Positions 10,575-19,891 of a stretch of 64,000 nucleotides of DNA are shown here, one piece after another. The DNA is from Candidatus Latescibacterota bacterium (GTDB taxonomy: Bacteria; Latescibacterota; UBA2968; UBA8231). A program made the translations under genes and the position numbers. The stretch is taken from positions 608,001 through 672,000 of the forward strand of contig CBDCXV010000010.1 in NCBI GenBank assembly GCA_965223905.1, written 5' to 3'. Within the stretch, counting starts at the first letter, position 1; every line of letters starts with the position of its first letter. Below the pieces are notes generated by a model, which searched no databases, was not told where the DNA came from, and saw nothing but the letters and a program-made list of their open reading frames with translations.

Positions 10575-11600
10575 ATGAGCGCAATCATCGTCGTCGACGC
10601 CTTCTGGGGGGATTCGGGCAAGGGCAAGGTCTCGGCCTGGCTGGCCCTGAAGCACCGGGCCGCGTACTGCGTCCGCGCCGGCACCGGAACCAACGCCGGC
10701 CACAGCGTCCATTTCGAGGACGGCCGCGAAATCCGCACCCACCAGCTGCCCTGCGGGTTCCTCCATCCCGGCACCGCGCTGCGCGTCGGCAGCGGCGTCG
10801 CCGTCGACCCGCAACGGCTGACTTCCGAGATCGCCGGACACGATGCCGCCTTCCAGCTCTCCGGCCGCGTCCGCGTCGACTACCGCTGTCCCGTCATCCT
10901 GCCGGAATACCGCGAGCGCGAGGCCGCGGACCCGCACCTGACCGGCATCGGCACGGTCGCCAGCGGCACCGGGGTAGCCCGGGCGGAGTTCGTCATGCGC
11001 AGGGCGCGGCAGGCCCGGGACCTCGAGGAGCTGGGGCCGCTGACCGCGGACGTGGCGCGCGAGCTGAACACCGCCTGCGCCGCCGGGGAGACGGTGGTGA
11101 TCGAGGGCAGCCAGGGCACCCACCTGTCGCTCGCCCTGACTCCCGACTACCCGTTCTGCACCAGCGACAACTGCACCGCCGCAGCCCTTGCCGACGACGC
11201 CGGTCTCAGCTGGCGGCACATCGGCGAGGTCGTGCTCGTGGTCAAGGCGCTGCCGAGCCGGGTCGGGGCCGGCCCACTGCCGCTGCAGCTGCCGGAGGAC
11301 GCGGAGGAGGAACGGGGGATCGTCGAATACGGCGTCGCCAGCGGCAGGCGCCGGCGCAAGGCCTCCGGCATCTCGTGGGAGCACCTCGAGGAGGCGGTCA
11401 TGCTCAACGGCCCGACCGCGGTAGCGCTGACCTTCTGCGACCATTTCGACCGCGCCGTCGAGGGCGCGCGCTCCGCGGCCGGCCTGACCCCTCCGGTCCG
11501 CCGGCTGATCGCCGAGATCGAGCGGCGCTGCAACGTTCCGGTGACGTTGTGCGACTGCGGGCGCTACTTCGAGAACCTGTTCGAGCTGCCGGCTCAGTAG
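10575..11600 (+). CDS. purA: Adenylosuccinate-synthetase family protein, short archaeal-type (341 aa), divergent
   Basis: WGDSGKGK, GTNAGHS, DYRC, EGSQG, YPFCTS, RVGAGP, GRRRR. Confidence 0.8.
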   Translation: MSAIIVVDAFWGDSGKGKVSAWLALKHRAAYCVRAGTGTNAGHSVHFEDGREIRTHQLPCGFLHPGTALRVGSGVAVDPQRLTSEIAGHDAAFQLSGRVRVDYRCPVILPEYREREAADPHLTGIGTVASGTGVARAEFVMRRARQARDLEELGPLTADVARELNTACAAGETVVIEGSQGTHLSLALTPDYPFCTSDNCTAAALADDAGLSWRHIGEVVLVVKALPSRVGAGPLPLQLPEDAEEERGIVEYGVASGRRRRKASGISWEHLEEAVMLNGPTAVALTFCDHFDRAVEGARSAAGLTPPVRRLIAEIERRCNVPVTLCDCGRYFENLFELPAQ

Positions 11601-12208
11601 CTCAGGTATTCGATGCCGCCTGCGAACGGCCTGGAAATCCCCTGCAGGGGCGGGGTGCATCGGAGTCGGATCAACTATATACCGGGCGTTCAGGCCAGCC
11701 ATCGAAAAAGGGACCGGGGCCTGGACCAGGGATCCCTCTTCCGGATTCCTCGCCGGCCTTTGCCCCCTTTCCCGGAAGTACAGCCCAACTCGAACGCCTC
11801 CGCCCCTCGGGCCGCAGGCGGCTCGCCGGCGGCAGTCCGGACGCATCGGGGAGGCGATCAGCCGTTTACGGGACATGCGGCCTGCCATTCGGAAAGGGAT
11901 TCCCGCAAGGGCAGGTAGCCGCGATGCCACGCGGACCCGTCGCGGGGGTGGAAGATTGCTTGCCACTTCGTATCTGGCGACTGCGTCCCCTGGTCCCATA
12001 TGCGAAGGAGCTTCCCCAGGGGGGACCGCAGGGGCGCGACTCCTGCTGCGACCCTCCTCACTCCATCCCTGGCGAGGCGGTCCGGAAAGGACGGTGCTGC
12101 CGGGAACCGACCCGGCCGTTCACGACCGATACAGCAACTTCAACTCCTTGGACAGATCCGCCCGGTCCCCACGGTCTGTTGGCGATCCGTCGCCCAAGAA
12201 CCGCCCCG

Positions 12209-13087
12209 TTATGGAACGGTCTCGGGATCCTGGGCGGCAGTCCCGGTCGGGTGCTGCCCCCAGCGCGACAGGTATTCCGCCATCGCTTCCTGAAGGCCGG
12301 TATTGCCGCGCTTGACCGCGCCGTCGCGAACGATCGCGGCCTTGCGGACCAGGGTGTCGCGAGCCGCGGCCCGCTCTTCGGCCGTCAACGGCGCGGTCGC
12401 GTCGGCCAGCAGCCGGTCGAGGGCTTGGACGCGAAACCGGTCCATGGCCGGGTAGGCCCGCGACAGCTGGTCTGCGTGGCCGCCGTACTTGACGGTGAGC
12501 TTCTGTTCGAGGTAGAGCACCTCGTAGCGGCAGGTCAGCCTGAGAAACAGCTCGTAATCCTCGCAGGCCGGCAGCGACTCGTCGAACAGGCCGATGGCGT
12601 CGAAAACCGGGCGCCGCAGGAGGATGGAGGAGGGGGAGATTATGCACCGCGGCAGGGCGTGCAGGAAGATGCGGCCCCCCTGCTTGGCGTGGTGCTTGTG
12701 CGGGTTCACGCGCACGCCGTCGCGGATCCAGACCTCGTCGGTGTGGCAGACCGCCAGCCCGCTTTCCGCGAGGGCCGCCATCTGCCTTTCGAGCTTCTGC
12801 GGCTTCCACTCGTCGTCGGAATCGAGCAGGGCGATCCAGTCGCCGCGGGTCGCCTCGATACCGGTGTTGCGCGCCGCGGACACCCCCGAGTTGACCCGGT
12901 GCCGCAGCAGCTGCACCGGCGCCTCGTCCCATTCGGACCGGAGGTACTCCCAGGTGCCGTCCGTCGAGGCGTCGTCGACGACGATGAGCTCGTAGTCGGT
13001 GAAGGTCTGGGCCGACACCGACTCCAGGGCCCGGGCCACGAGCTCCCTGCGGTTGAACACCGGAACGACGACGGAAACGGAGGTCAC
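12209..13087 (-). CDS. Glycosyltransferase family 2
   Basis: VSVVVPVFNR, IVVDDASTD, GVSAARNTG, LDSDD, FDESLPACEDY; start uncertain (13087 or 13120). Confidence 0.9.
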   Translation of the reverse strand: MTSVSVVVPVFNRRELVARALESVSAQTFTDYELIVVDDASTDGTWEYLRSEWDEAPVQLLRHRVNSGVSAARNTGIEATRGDWIALLDSDDEWKPQKLERQMAALAESGLAVCHTDEVWIRDGVRVNPHKHHAKQGGRIFLHALPRCIISPSSILLRRPVFDAIGLFDESLPACEDYELFLRLTCRYEVLYLEQKLTVKYGGHADQLSRAYPAMDRFRVQALDRLLADATAPLTAEERAAARDTLVRKAAIVRDGAVKRGNTGLQEAMAEYLSRWGQHPTGTAAQDPETVP

Positions 13088-13141
13088 TTGCCGAAGCTGG
13101 TGCCTGCGCGCGCTGGGCACCGGCAGTCCCCGAGCGACCGC

Positions 13142-14131
13142 TCAGCTGCCGGCGAACGCATCCCGTCCGGCGACGAGGGCCTCGATCTTGCGGTCGGCCA
13201 CCGACCGCTTGAGCATCCACAGGCCGCAGTCCGGGTTGACGAAGGCGATGCGCTCCTCTCCAACGGCCCTGACGGCCTCCTCGATGCGGGAGGCGATGAG
13301 GTCGGCGCTCTCGACGACGGTCGACTTGATGTCGACGACGCCGAGGCCGAAGCGGATTTTCGGGTCGACCCGCCCGAGGTGGGGGAGGTCGCGATTGCCG
13401 CGGTGGGCGAGCTCGAGCAGCACGTGGTCGCAGTGCAGGTTGCTCAGGTAGTCGACGAGCCGCTCCCAGCTCCCCTTCTGGATCGACTGGCCGCCGTAGT
13501 TGCCGAAGCAGAGATGCACCGCCGGCGTCTTCGGCACCGCGTCGAGGATGCGGTTGATCCCTTCGAGAGCCCACTTCCACTCCCGCGGATGCCCCGGAAG
13601 GTTGGCCTCGTCCACCTGGACCACGTCGGCGTCGATCTCCGCAACCTGGCCGGCGAGGACGCCGGCCAGGGCCAGGCACAGCTCCGGGGTCGAGCCGTAA
13701 TGCCGGTCGAGAAGGGTTTTGGCCAGCATGTGGGGCCCGGTCAGGGTGAACTTCAGAGGGTGAGCGGTGAGAGCGCGGGCGAGACGGAAATCCCCCGGCA
13801 GGTCGAGGGTGCCCTCGGCCAGCGGGCCCTCGACGACGGCGCTGGGCCGGGCGCGAAAGGACATCCCTTCATTCCTGCGGAATTCCGCGGCGTCCGCCCG
13901 GGTGATCTCGCCGCGCACGTTTTCCAACGGCCGCACGAAGTACTCGATCATGCCGTTGGTTTCCGGGTGATTGACGTCGAAACGGGAGAGCTCGCCGTCG
14001 GCGACGACGTCGATGCCGGCGTTCTCCTGGGTCTTGAGCACGACCGCCATGGCGTCGGCGAGCCCCTGCCTCGACGGCATCGCCGCCAGCCAGTCCGGGA
14101 TCGGGTAACTTCCCACTACCGTCGTCTTCAT
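13142..14131 (-). CDS. Single-domain 'core' cobalamin-independent methionine synthase II family protein
   Basis: TTVVGSYP, DGE, KFTLTGP, QVDEA; Zn ligands HLC..., E and NPDCG; no N-terminal folate-binding half. Confidence 0.85.
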   Translation of the reverse strand: MKTTVVGSYPIPDWLAAMPSRQGLADAMAVVLKTQENAGIDVVADGELSRFDVNHPETNGMIEYFVRPLENVRGEITRADAAEFRRNEGMSFRARPSAVVEGPLAEGTLDLPGDFRLARALTAHPLKFTLTGPHMLAKTLLDRHYGSTPELCLALAGVLAGQVAEIDADVVQVDEANLPGHPREWKWALEGINRILDAVPKTPAVHLCFGNYGGQSIQKGSWERLVDYLSNLHCDHVLLELAHRGNRDLPHLGRVDPKIRFGLGVVDIKSTVVESADLIASRIEEAVRAVGEERIAFVNPDCGLWMLKRSVADRKIEALVAGRDAFAGS

Positions 14132-14164
14132 GGTCCGTTCTTTCTGCGCCATCAGCTTTCCGGC

Positions 14165-16342
14165 TCAGCCCTGGGTACGCCTTTTTTCCGCCTCCTCGAG
14201 GTTCTCGAAGAGGATTCCGGGGGTAATCACCTCGGGCAGCACCAGGGGGGCATCGATGCGGCCCCCGGGGAAGATCACGTAGAGCGGCACCCCGGAGCGC
14301 CCGAAGGCCCTCAACAGGCTGGTGATCTCCGGATTGCGGTTCGTCCAGTCGGCGCGCACGAGGGCGACGTCGAGCCGCGAGAACCGGTCGCGCACCTCCT
14401 CGGTGTCGAGCACCGCCCGTTTGTTGACCTTGCAGGTCCAGCACCACTCCGCGGTGAAATCGATGAAGACGTGGCGGCCCGCGGCGACCTGGCGCTCGAC
14501 CTCCTCCTGCGAAAACGCGATCCACCCGGCCGACTCCTCTGCGGGCCCCTCCGAAAGCTGCCGTTCCGCGGCCAGCAGGGGGTGCAGGAAGCCCCCGTAG
14601 GCGGCCAGGGTAATGGCGCCCGCGGCCACCCAGGCGCCGGCCCGCTGCCGGGACGAGCTGCGCAGGTCGATCCACTGCCCGGGGATCCACGCCGCCATCG
14701 CCAGGGCCAGCAGGAAGGCGGCCGTCCAGATCACCGCCTCGACCCCGAGCTGCTTGCCGAGCACCCACAGCAGCCACAGGGCCGTGGCCGTCAGCAGGAA
14801 GCCCATCAGCTGCTTGAAGCGCTCCATCCAGGGACCGGGCCGCGGCAGGAAGCGGAGCCAGCCCGGCTCCGCGGCGAGCAGGATGTAGGGAAGCGCCATC
14901 CCCAGTCCGGTCACCAGGAAGATCCCCACGGTCACTCCGGCGCTCTGGCTGAACGCGAACCCGAGGGCGGTGCCGAGGAAGGGGGCGGTGCAGGGGGTCG
15001 CCAGGATCGTCGCCAGCACGCCGTTGAAAAAGCTGCCGGCGAGCCCCTCCCCGTCTGCGAGCCCACCGAGATTCCCCTGCCCGACGGCGATGCGCACGGT
15101 TATCAGGCCGAACAGGCTCAGGCTCAACAGGAACACCAGGGCGCAGAGGAAGATGACGAACGCCGGCGACTGGAACTGGAACCCCCAGCCGATCTGCTCC
15201 CCTCCCGACTTCAGGAGAAGGACCGCGGCGGCGAGACCGAGGAACGTCGCCACCACTCCGGCCGAGAACGCCAGCCCGAGCTGCCGGGCGCGGGCGCGCG
15301 ACTCGCCGGCCTGCGACACGAACCCCAGCACCTTGAGCGAAATCACCGGAAAGACGCAGGGCATCAGGTTGAGGATGAGCCCGCCGATCAGGGCGAAGAG
15401 CAGGTACGCCGGCAGGGAGTCCGCCGCGGCAGGCTGGGCGCCGGTGAACACCAGTGCCGACAGGCCGGTTCGGCGGCCGGCGGCGAGATCGAGAGTGACG
15501 GTCTTGTATGAGGGCCGCGGATCCCCGGGCCTCTGGTACACGACCGTTCCCATCAACTCGCCAGGCTTCTGATCTCCCTCGAGGTACAGGTTCAGCTGCA
15601 GATGCACCCGGGAGGTGGTGGGATCGAGGCGGCGCGAAGGAGGATCGAGCCAGAAGCCCTCCCCCTCGATAGGGAAGAAGTCCGGGGTGGCGCCGTCGAC
15701 TACGACCTCCCCTCCCTTCGGGGTGATGGTCAGGGCCACCGTTTCCCCACCCTCCGGCCCGTCTTCGACCCGGTGCTGCAGGCGCAGCGGCTCGGCCGGG
15801 CCCTCCCAGGGCAAGGGAAGGAGCTGGCGGTGCCGTTCGAAGAGATCCTCGTTGGCGGGTGACCCGGTATCTGAAAGCGGCAGCGCCAGGGTCAGCAGGG
15901 TGTCGCCGGGGATGCAGACCTCGCGGCAGACAAGCCAGCCTACCTCGGCGGCGATGGCGAGGGAATCCGCGGCCTCCGGGACCCCCCTGACCTCGGCGCT
16001 AAGCAGGGTCTCGCCGGCGTACCCGTACACCACCAGGCCCTGCTCGTCGTACTTCTGCGGCGCCTCCCAGCGCAGCTCCCCCGCCTGCAGTCCCGGCGGC
16101 AGCCTCCAGTCGACACGGCTGGCCTGTCCCGCGGCGCCGGCGTAGCGCCAGTAGGTGTGCCACCCCTCGTCGATCTCGAGTCTCACCCCGAGCTCGAACG
16201 ACTCCCCCGCCCGTACCGATGCGCGGCTGGCGACCAGCTCCGCCCGCACCGGATGGCTGTCGGGTTCGATCCCCTCGGCGGGGCTGAAAGACAGGCCGGT
16301 CAGCGCGGCGACCGCGGCGACCGTGACGGCGGGATGTCTCAC
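14165..16342 (-). CDS. dsbD: DsbD-like thiol:disulfide interchange protein (DsbD-N + transmembrane + thioredoxin domains)
   Basis: GWHTYW, WLVCREVC, LNLMPCVFP, ATPCTAPFLG, PRPGPWM, FTAEWCWTCK. Confidence 0.9.
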   Translation of the reverse strand: MRHPAVTVAAVAALTGLSFSPAEGIEPDSHPVRAELVASRASVRAGESFELGVRLEIDEGWHTYWRYAGAAGQASRVDWRLPPGLQAGELRWEAPQKYDEQGLVVYGYAGETLLSAEVRGVPEAADSLAIAAEVGWLVCREVCIPGDTLLTLALPLSDTGSPANEDLFERHRQLLPLPWEGPAEPLRLQHRVEDGPEGGETVALTITPKGGEVVVDGATPDFFPIEGEGFWLDPPSRRLDPTTSRVHLQLNLYLEGDQKPGELMGTVVYQRPGDPRPSYKTVTLDLAAGRRTGLSALVFTGAQPAAADSLPAYLLFALIGGLILNLMPCVFPVISLKVLGFVSQAGESRARARQLGLAFSAGVVATFLGLAAAVLLLKSGGEQIGWGFQFQSPAFVIFLCALVFLLSLSLFGLITVRIAVGQGNLGGLADGEGLAGSFFNGVLATILATPCTAPFLGTALGFAFSQSAGVTVGIFLVTGLGMALPYILLAAEPGWLRFLPRPGPWMERFKQLMGFLLTATALWLLWVLGKQLGVEAVIWTAAFLLALAMAAWIPGQWIDLRSSSRQRAGAWVAAGAITLAAYGGFLHPLLAAERQLSEGPAEESAGWIAFSQEEVERQVAAGRHVFIDFTAEWCWTCKVNKRAVLDTEEVRDRFSRLDVALVRADWTNRNPEITSLLRAFGRSGVPLYVIFPGGRIDAPLVLPEVITPGILFENLEEAEKRRTQG

Positions 16343-17472
16343 GAGATTCCCTCCCATGCCAGGTGCTCCTGAACGATCTCCTGATTGAGCTCCACCCCCA
16401 GGCCGGGGCCCTCCGGCAGGGGCATGAAACCGCCCTCGACCCGCTCCGGAGGCGAAATCAGCTGCTCGCGCCACGGCACCTCGCCGAAGGCGTACTCCAG
16501 GATGAGGAAGTTCCGGATCGACGCCGCCAGGTGGACCCCGGCGATCGTCGACACCGGTCCGGCCGGACTGTGCGGGGCCACCGGAATGTTCCGCGTCTCC
16601 GCCAGGGCGGGGATGCGCCGGCACTCGCTGATGCCGCCGGCATGCTTGACGTCCGGCATTATGACGTCGACGGCTCCCTGGCTGAGGTACTCCCAGAACC
16701 CCTCGCGCCCGAAGAACCCCTCCCCTCCGGCGAGGGTCAGCCCGGAGGACTCGCGCAGCGAGCGCATCTCCCCGACTTGGTCTCGCGGCAGCGGTTCCTC
16801 GAACCAGTAGAGGTCGAGCCCCCGCACCTTTTCGGCGGCCTTTCGGGCCAGCGCGAGGTTGAAGCGGCAATGGCAGTCGACGAGCAGATCGACCCCGGGA
16901 CCGACCGCTTCCCGGGAGGCGGCTATGCGGGCGACGCCGAGATCGAGGTCCTCCTCCACTCCGTCGCGGTCGAGCCGGTCGTGCCTTATCTCGTCGAACG
17001 GGGTGCACTTGACGGCGCGGAAGCCGGCCTCGACTGCGGCCCGGGCCGCGCGCGCGAACCCCTCGACCGAGCGGTCGCGGGTGCCGCGGTTGAGGTTGGC
17101 GTAGAGCCGCACCCGCTCGCGCCGCCTGCCCCCCAACAGGCGCCAGACCGGCACCTCGAGCGCCTTCCCGGCGATATCCCAGAGCGCCTGGTCGACGGCG
17201 CTCACCGCGGTCGCCGCCACCCGACCTGCCCCGTCCGCGAAAATGTCGCTCGAGCGCGTCAGCCGTTCCCAGATCACTTCGGGCTGGGTCGGGTCGGCGC
17301 CGGCGAGCCGTTCCCCGAGCTGCAGGAGGCTCTCCCTCACGAGGCGATCGTTGCCGCTCTGGCTAGCCTCGCCGATTCCCGTCAACCCGGAGTCGGTCCG
17401 CACCTCGACAAGTATCCAGCTGCCGCGGCGGGAGGCCTCGATCTCGAGAACACGGACTCCAGTAATCTTCAT
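16339..17472 (-). CDS. Mandelate racemase/muconate lactonizing enzyme family (galactonate dehydratase-like)
   Basis: GLTGIGE, SAVDQALWDIAGK, VKCTP, VDCH, WFEEP, AGGE, PDVKHAGG, LPEGPGLG. Confidence 0.88.
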   Translation of the reverse strand: MKITGVRVLEIEASRRGSWILVEVRTDSGLTGIGEASQSGNDRLVRESLLQLGERLAGADPTQPEVIWERLTRSSDIFADGAGRVAATAVSAVDQALWDIAGKALEVPVWRLLGGRRRERVRLYANLNRGTRDRSVEGFARAARAAVEAGFRAVKCTPFDEIRHDRLDRDGVEEDLDLGVARIAASREAVGPGVDLLVDCHCRFNLALARKAAEKVRGLDLYWFEEPLPRDQVGEMRSLRESSGLTLAGGEGFFGREGFWEYLSQGAVDVIMPDVKHAGGISECRRIPALAETRNIPVAPHSPAGPVSTIAGVHLAASIRNFLILEYAFGEVPWREQLISPPERVEGGFMPLPEGPGLGVELNQEIVQEHLAWEGIS

Positions 17473-17473
17473 G

Positions 17474-18775
17474 TCAGCGGAGTTCGATGCGGGCCCCGAG
17501 GGCGATCAGGTCGTCGAAGAAGGCCGGGTAGGACTTGCCGACGGTCTCGGCGTCGGCGAGGGTCAACCCCCTGCGGCAGCGCAGGCCCAGCACCGCCAGC
17601 ATCTGGGCGACGCGGTGATCCTCGTGGGTGTCTACCTCGAGCCCCCCTTCGTAGCCGCCGGGGTTCCCCCTGACGACGATCTCCGAGGCCCCCTCTTCGC
17701 AGTCGACGCCGATCCGCTGCAGCTCCCGCACCGGAACGGAGATGCGGTCGCACTCCTTGAGGCGCAGGTTGCCGATGCCGAACACGCGGGTCTCCCCCGA
17801 CGCCAGCGCCGCCATCGGCAGCATCGCCAGGACCATGTCGGTGGCGGTGTCGCCGTCGAACTCGATTCCGCGCAGGCCCCGGTGCTTCCCGGTCCTTACG
17901 GTGAGGCCGTCGTACTGCACGCCGACCCCGAAATCGCGCAGAACCTCGATGATGGCGCGCTCCCCCTGCCGGTCTTCGAAGAGGCGCTCGACGGTGATCT
18001 CGCTGCTAGTGACGGCGCCGGCGGCCAGCACCGCCGCGGCCGAGGGATAATCCCCGTTCACGGAGTACTCTCCCGGCCGGTACTGCTGCCCGCCGGGAAT
18101 CTCGACGCGCATGAGGTCCTCCTGCGCGTCGACTTGGATGCCGGCGGCCGCCAACACCTCCAGCGTGGTCCGCACCAGGGGCTTCGAAACCAGCTTGTCG
18201 ACGACCTCGATCACGACATCCTCGCCGACCAACGGCGCCAGGAACAGCAGGGCGCTCAGGAACTGAGAGCTCAGGGCTCCGCTGACCTGCACCCTGCCGC
18301 CGTGCAGGCGGCCGCCCCGAATCGCGACCGGCAGCCTTCCCCGGTTCGACTGCGACCGCGCCCCGAGCTGCGCGAGCGCTGCCAGCAGGTCGCCGTGCGG
18401 CCGCTGGCCGAGCGATCCTGCGTAGTCGGTTTCGAAGCGGACCTCGGGGAGCAGGGCCCCGATCGCCATCAGGAAGCGGGTGACGGCACCGGCGTTGCCG
18501 GCATTGAGGGTGCCGGCTTGGCGGGGGTGCCTGCCGAATCCGCGGATGCGCAGGTGGCGGCCCCCTTCGCCGTCCGCCTCTTCCTCGATTCCCGCGCCGA
18601 GGGCCCGCAGGCATCTCAGCAGCGCCTCGGAGTCCTCGCTGCGGGCCGGGAAATGGACGCGGCTCTCCCCTTCGGCCAGGGCCGCGGCCAGCAGGTAGCG
18701 GGTCGTGTAGTTCTTCGACGACGGGGGATTCAGTGTTCCCCTCAGGGCTTCCGTGTAGCGGACGTGCGCCTCCAT
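17474..18775 (-). CDS. aroA: 3-phosphoshikimate 1-carboxyvinyltransferase (EPSP synthase)
   Basis: PSSKNYTTR, GNAGAVTRF, SSQFLSALL, RLKECDRI, DHRVAQ, KSYPAF. Confidence 0.93.
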   Translation of the reverse strand: MEAHVRYTEALRGTLNPPSSKNYTTRYLLAAALAEGESRVHFPARSEDSEALLRCLRALGAGIEEEADGEGGRHLRIRGFGRHPRQAGTLNAGNAGAVTRFLMAIGALLPEVRFETDYAGSLGQRPHGDLLAALAQLGARSQSNRGRLPVAIRGGRLHGGRVQVSGALSSQFLSALLFLAPLVGEDVVIEVVDKLVSKPLVRTTLEVLAAAGIQVDAQEDLMRVEIPGGQQYRPGEYSVNGDYPSAAAVLAAGAVTSSEITVERLFEDRQGERAIIEVLRDFGVGVQYDGLTVRTGKHRGLRGIEFDGDTATDMVLAMLPMAALASGETRVFGIGNLRLKECDRISVPVRELQRIGVDCEEGASEIVVRGNPGGYEGGLEVDTHEDHRVAQMLAVLGLRCRRGLTLADAETVGKSYPAFFDDLIALGARIELR

Positions 18776-18798
18776 CCTGCCGGTTCCCTCGCGCCTCT

Positions 18799-19821
18799 TC
18801 AGAACGGCCCGGAGAGCACTTCGTATTTCGTCGGCTTTCCGAGGCTGCGCCCGCCCCGGGCGACCCAGAGGGCCGTCCACCGGACCATCGTTTCCACCGG
18901 GATCTCCGGGGGGCCCAGCCGCTCGATCAGCCTGCCGGCATTGCCGAGAAGGGAGGTTTCGGCTTCCATGCCGGCGAACACCGGCTGTCGCCCCATCTCC
19001 GCCCCTGCCGCGGCCGCGAGGGCGCGCACCGACAGCACCTCCGGTCCGGTCATGTTGATGACCTCCGGCGGGTTGGAGCAGAGCGGAAAGGAGCGCGCCA
19101 GCCAGGCGTTGGCGTCCCCCTGCCAGATCTGGTTGACGTACCCCGTCGTCAGGTCGACCGGCTCGCCGGCGTGCACGCGCTCGGTTATGTCGCGGATTAT
19201 GCCGTAGCGCAGCTCGGTCGCGTAGAAGAGACGCACCGTGAGCAGCGCGGTGCCGTATTTCAATGCCGCGTACTCGGCGAGGCGCTCGCCCCCCAGGCGC
19301 GACTGGGCGTACTCCCCGACCGGCCCCACTGGGTCTGATTCACTGGAGCCGCCGTCCGCGGCCCCGGAATACGGGTACACGTTGCCGCTGCTCAGGTAGA
19401 TGACGCGGGCGTCGCGATAGCGCGAGACCACGCGGCCCGGAAGCTCGGCGTTGACCGCCCAGGTCGCCGCGGGATTTCCCGAGGAGCCGAACTTGTGGCC
19501 GGCGAGCAGGAGCACCTGCCCGGCGTCGGGCAGCGACTGCAGGGGCCCCTCCTCCATCAGGTCCGCGGCAATCGTCCCGGCTCCGACGCCCCCGAGATAT
19601 TCCCGCAGGCCCTGCTGGGAAAAGCGGGACACGGCGATCACTTTCGCCCCGGCCCTGACGAGCAGCTCCGCCAGGGTCGGCCCCATCTTGCCGCCGGCGC
19701 CGAGAATCATTACCGGCCCGTCGAGGGCAGCCGCCGCCCGGACCACCGCCGGGGTCGGTGCCGTCAGCTGCGCAATCAGCTGCTCTTCCGTTTCGATCCC
19801 GGTCTGCTCGATGGACAGCAT
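18799..19821 (-). CDS. NAD-dependent epimerase/dehydratase family protein
   Basis: LGAGGKMGP Rossmann motif, SSGNVY, GEYAQS, RLFYA, VNQIWQGDA. Confidence 0.85.
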   Translation of the reverse strand: MLSIEQTGIETEEQLIAQLTAPTPAVVRAAAALDGPVMILGAGGKMGPTLAELLVRAGAKVIAVSRFSQQGLREYLGGVGAGTIAADLMEEGPLQSLPDAGQVLLLAGHKFGSSGNPAATWAVNAELPGRVVSRYRDARVIYLSSGNVYPYSGAADGGSSESDPVGPVGEYAQSRLGGERLAEYAALKYGTALLTVRLFYATELRYGIIRDITERVHAGEPVDLTTGYVNQIWQGDANAWLARSFPLCSNPPEVINMTGPEVLSVRALAAAAGAEMGRQPVFAGMEAETSLLGNAGRLIERLGPPEIPVETMVRWTALWVARGGRSLGKPTKYEVLSGPF

Positions 19822-19891
19822 TGCCTCTTCCGATTGTTGGGCCTTCCCCGCGCCGTTACCTTCGTCTCGAATAAGGTACAGCCTTTGCCCG

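Noticed and set aside
10575-11600. PurZ / Z-genome biosynthesis gene
   Set aside because: The catalytic Asp (GDSGKG) is retained where PurZ has Ser, and there is no phage context or datZ/mazZ neighbour. Kept only as a divergent PurA paralogue.
10514-15511. 1665-aa ORF and other very long ORFs (e.g. 8392..10470, 47027..49591, 32065..34008)
   Set aside because: These are off-frame or antisense shadows of well-supported genes in high-GC DNA. They are Arg/Pro/Gly-rich and have no motifs.
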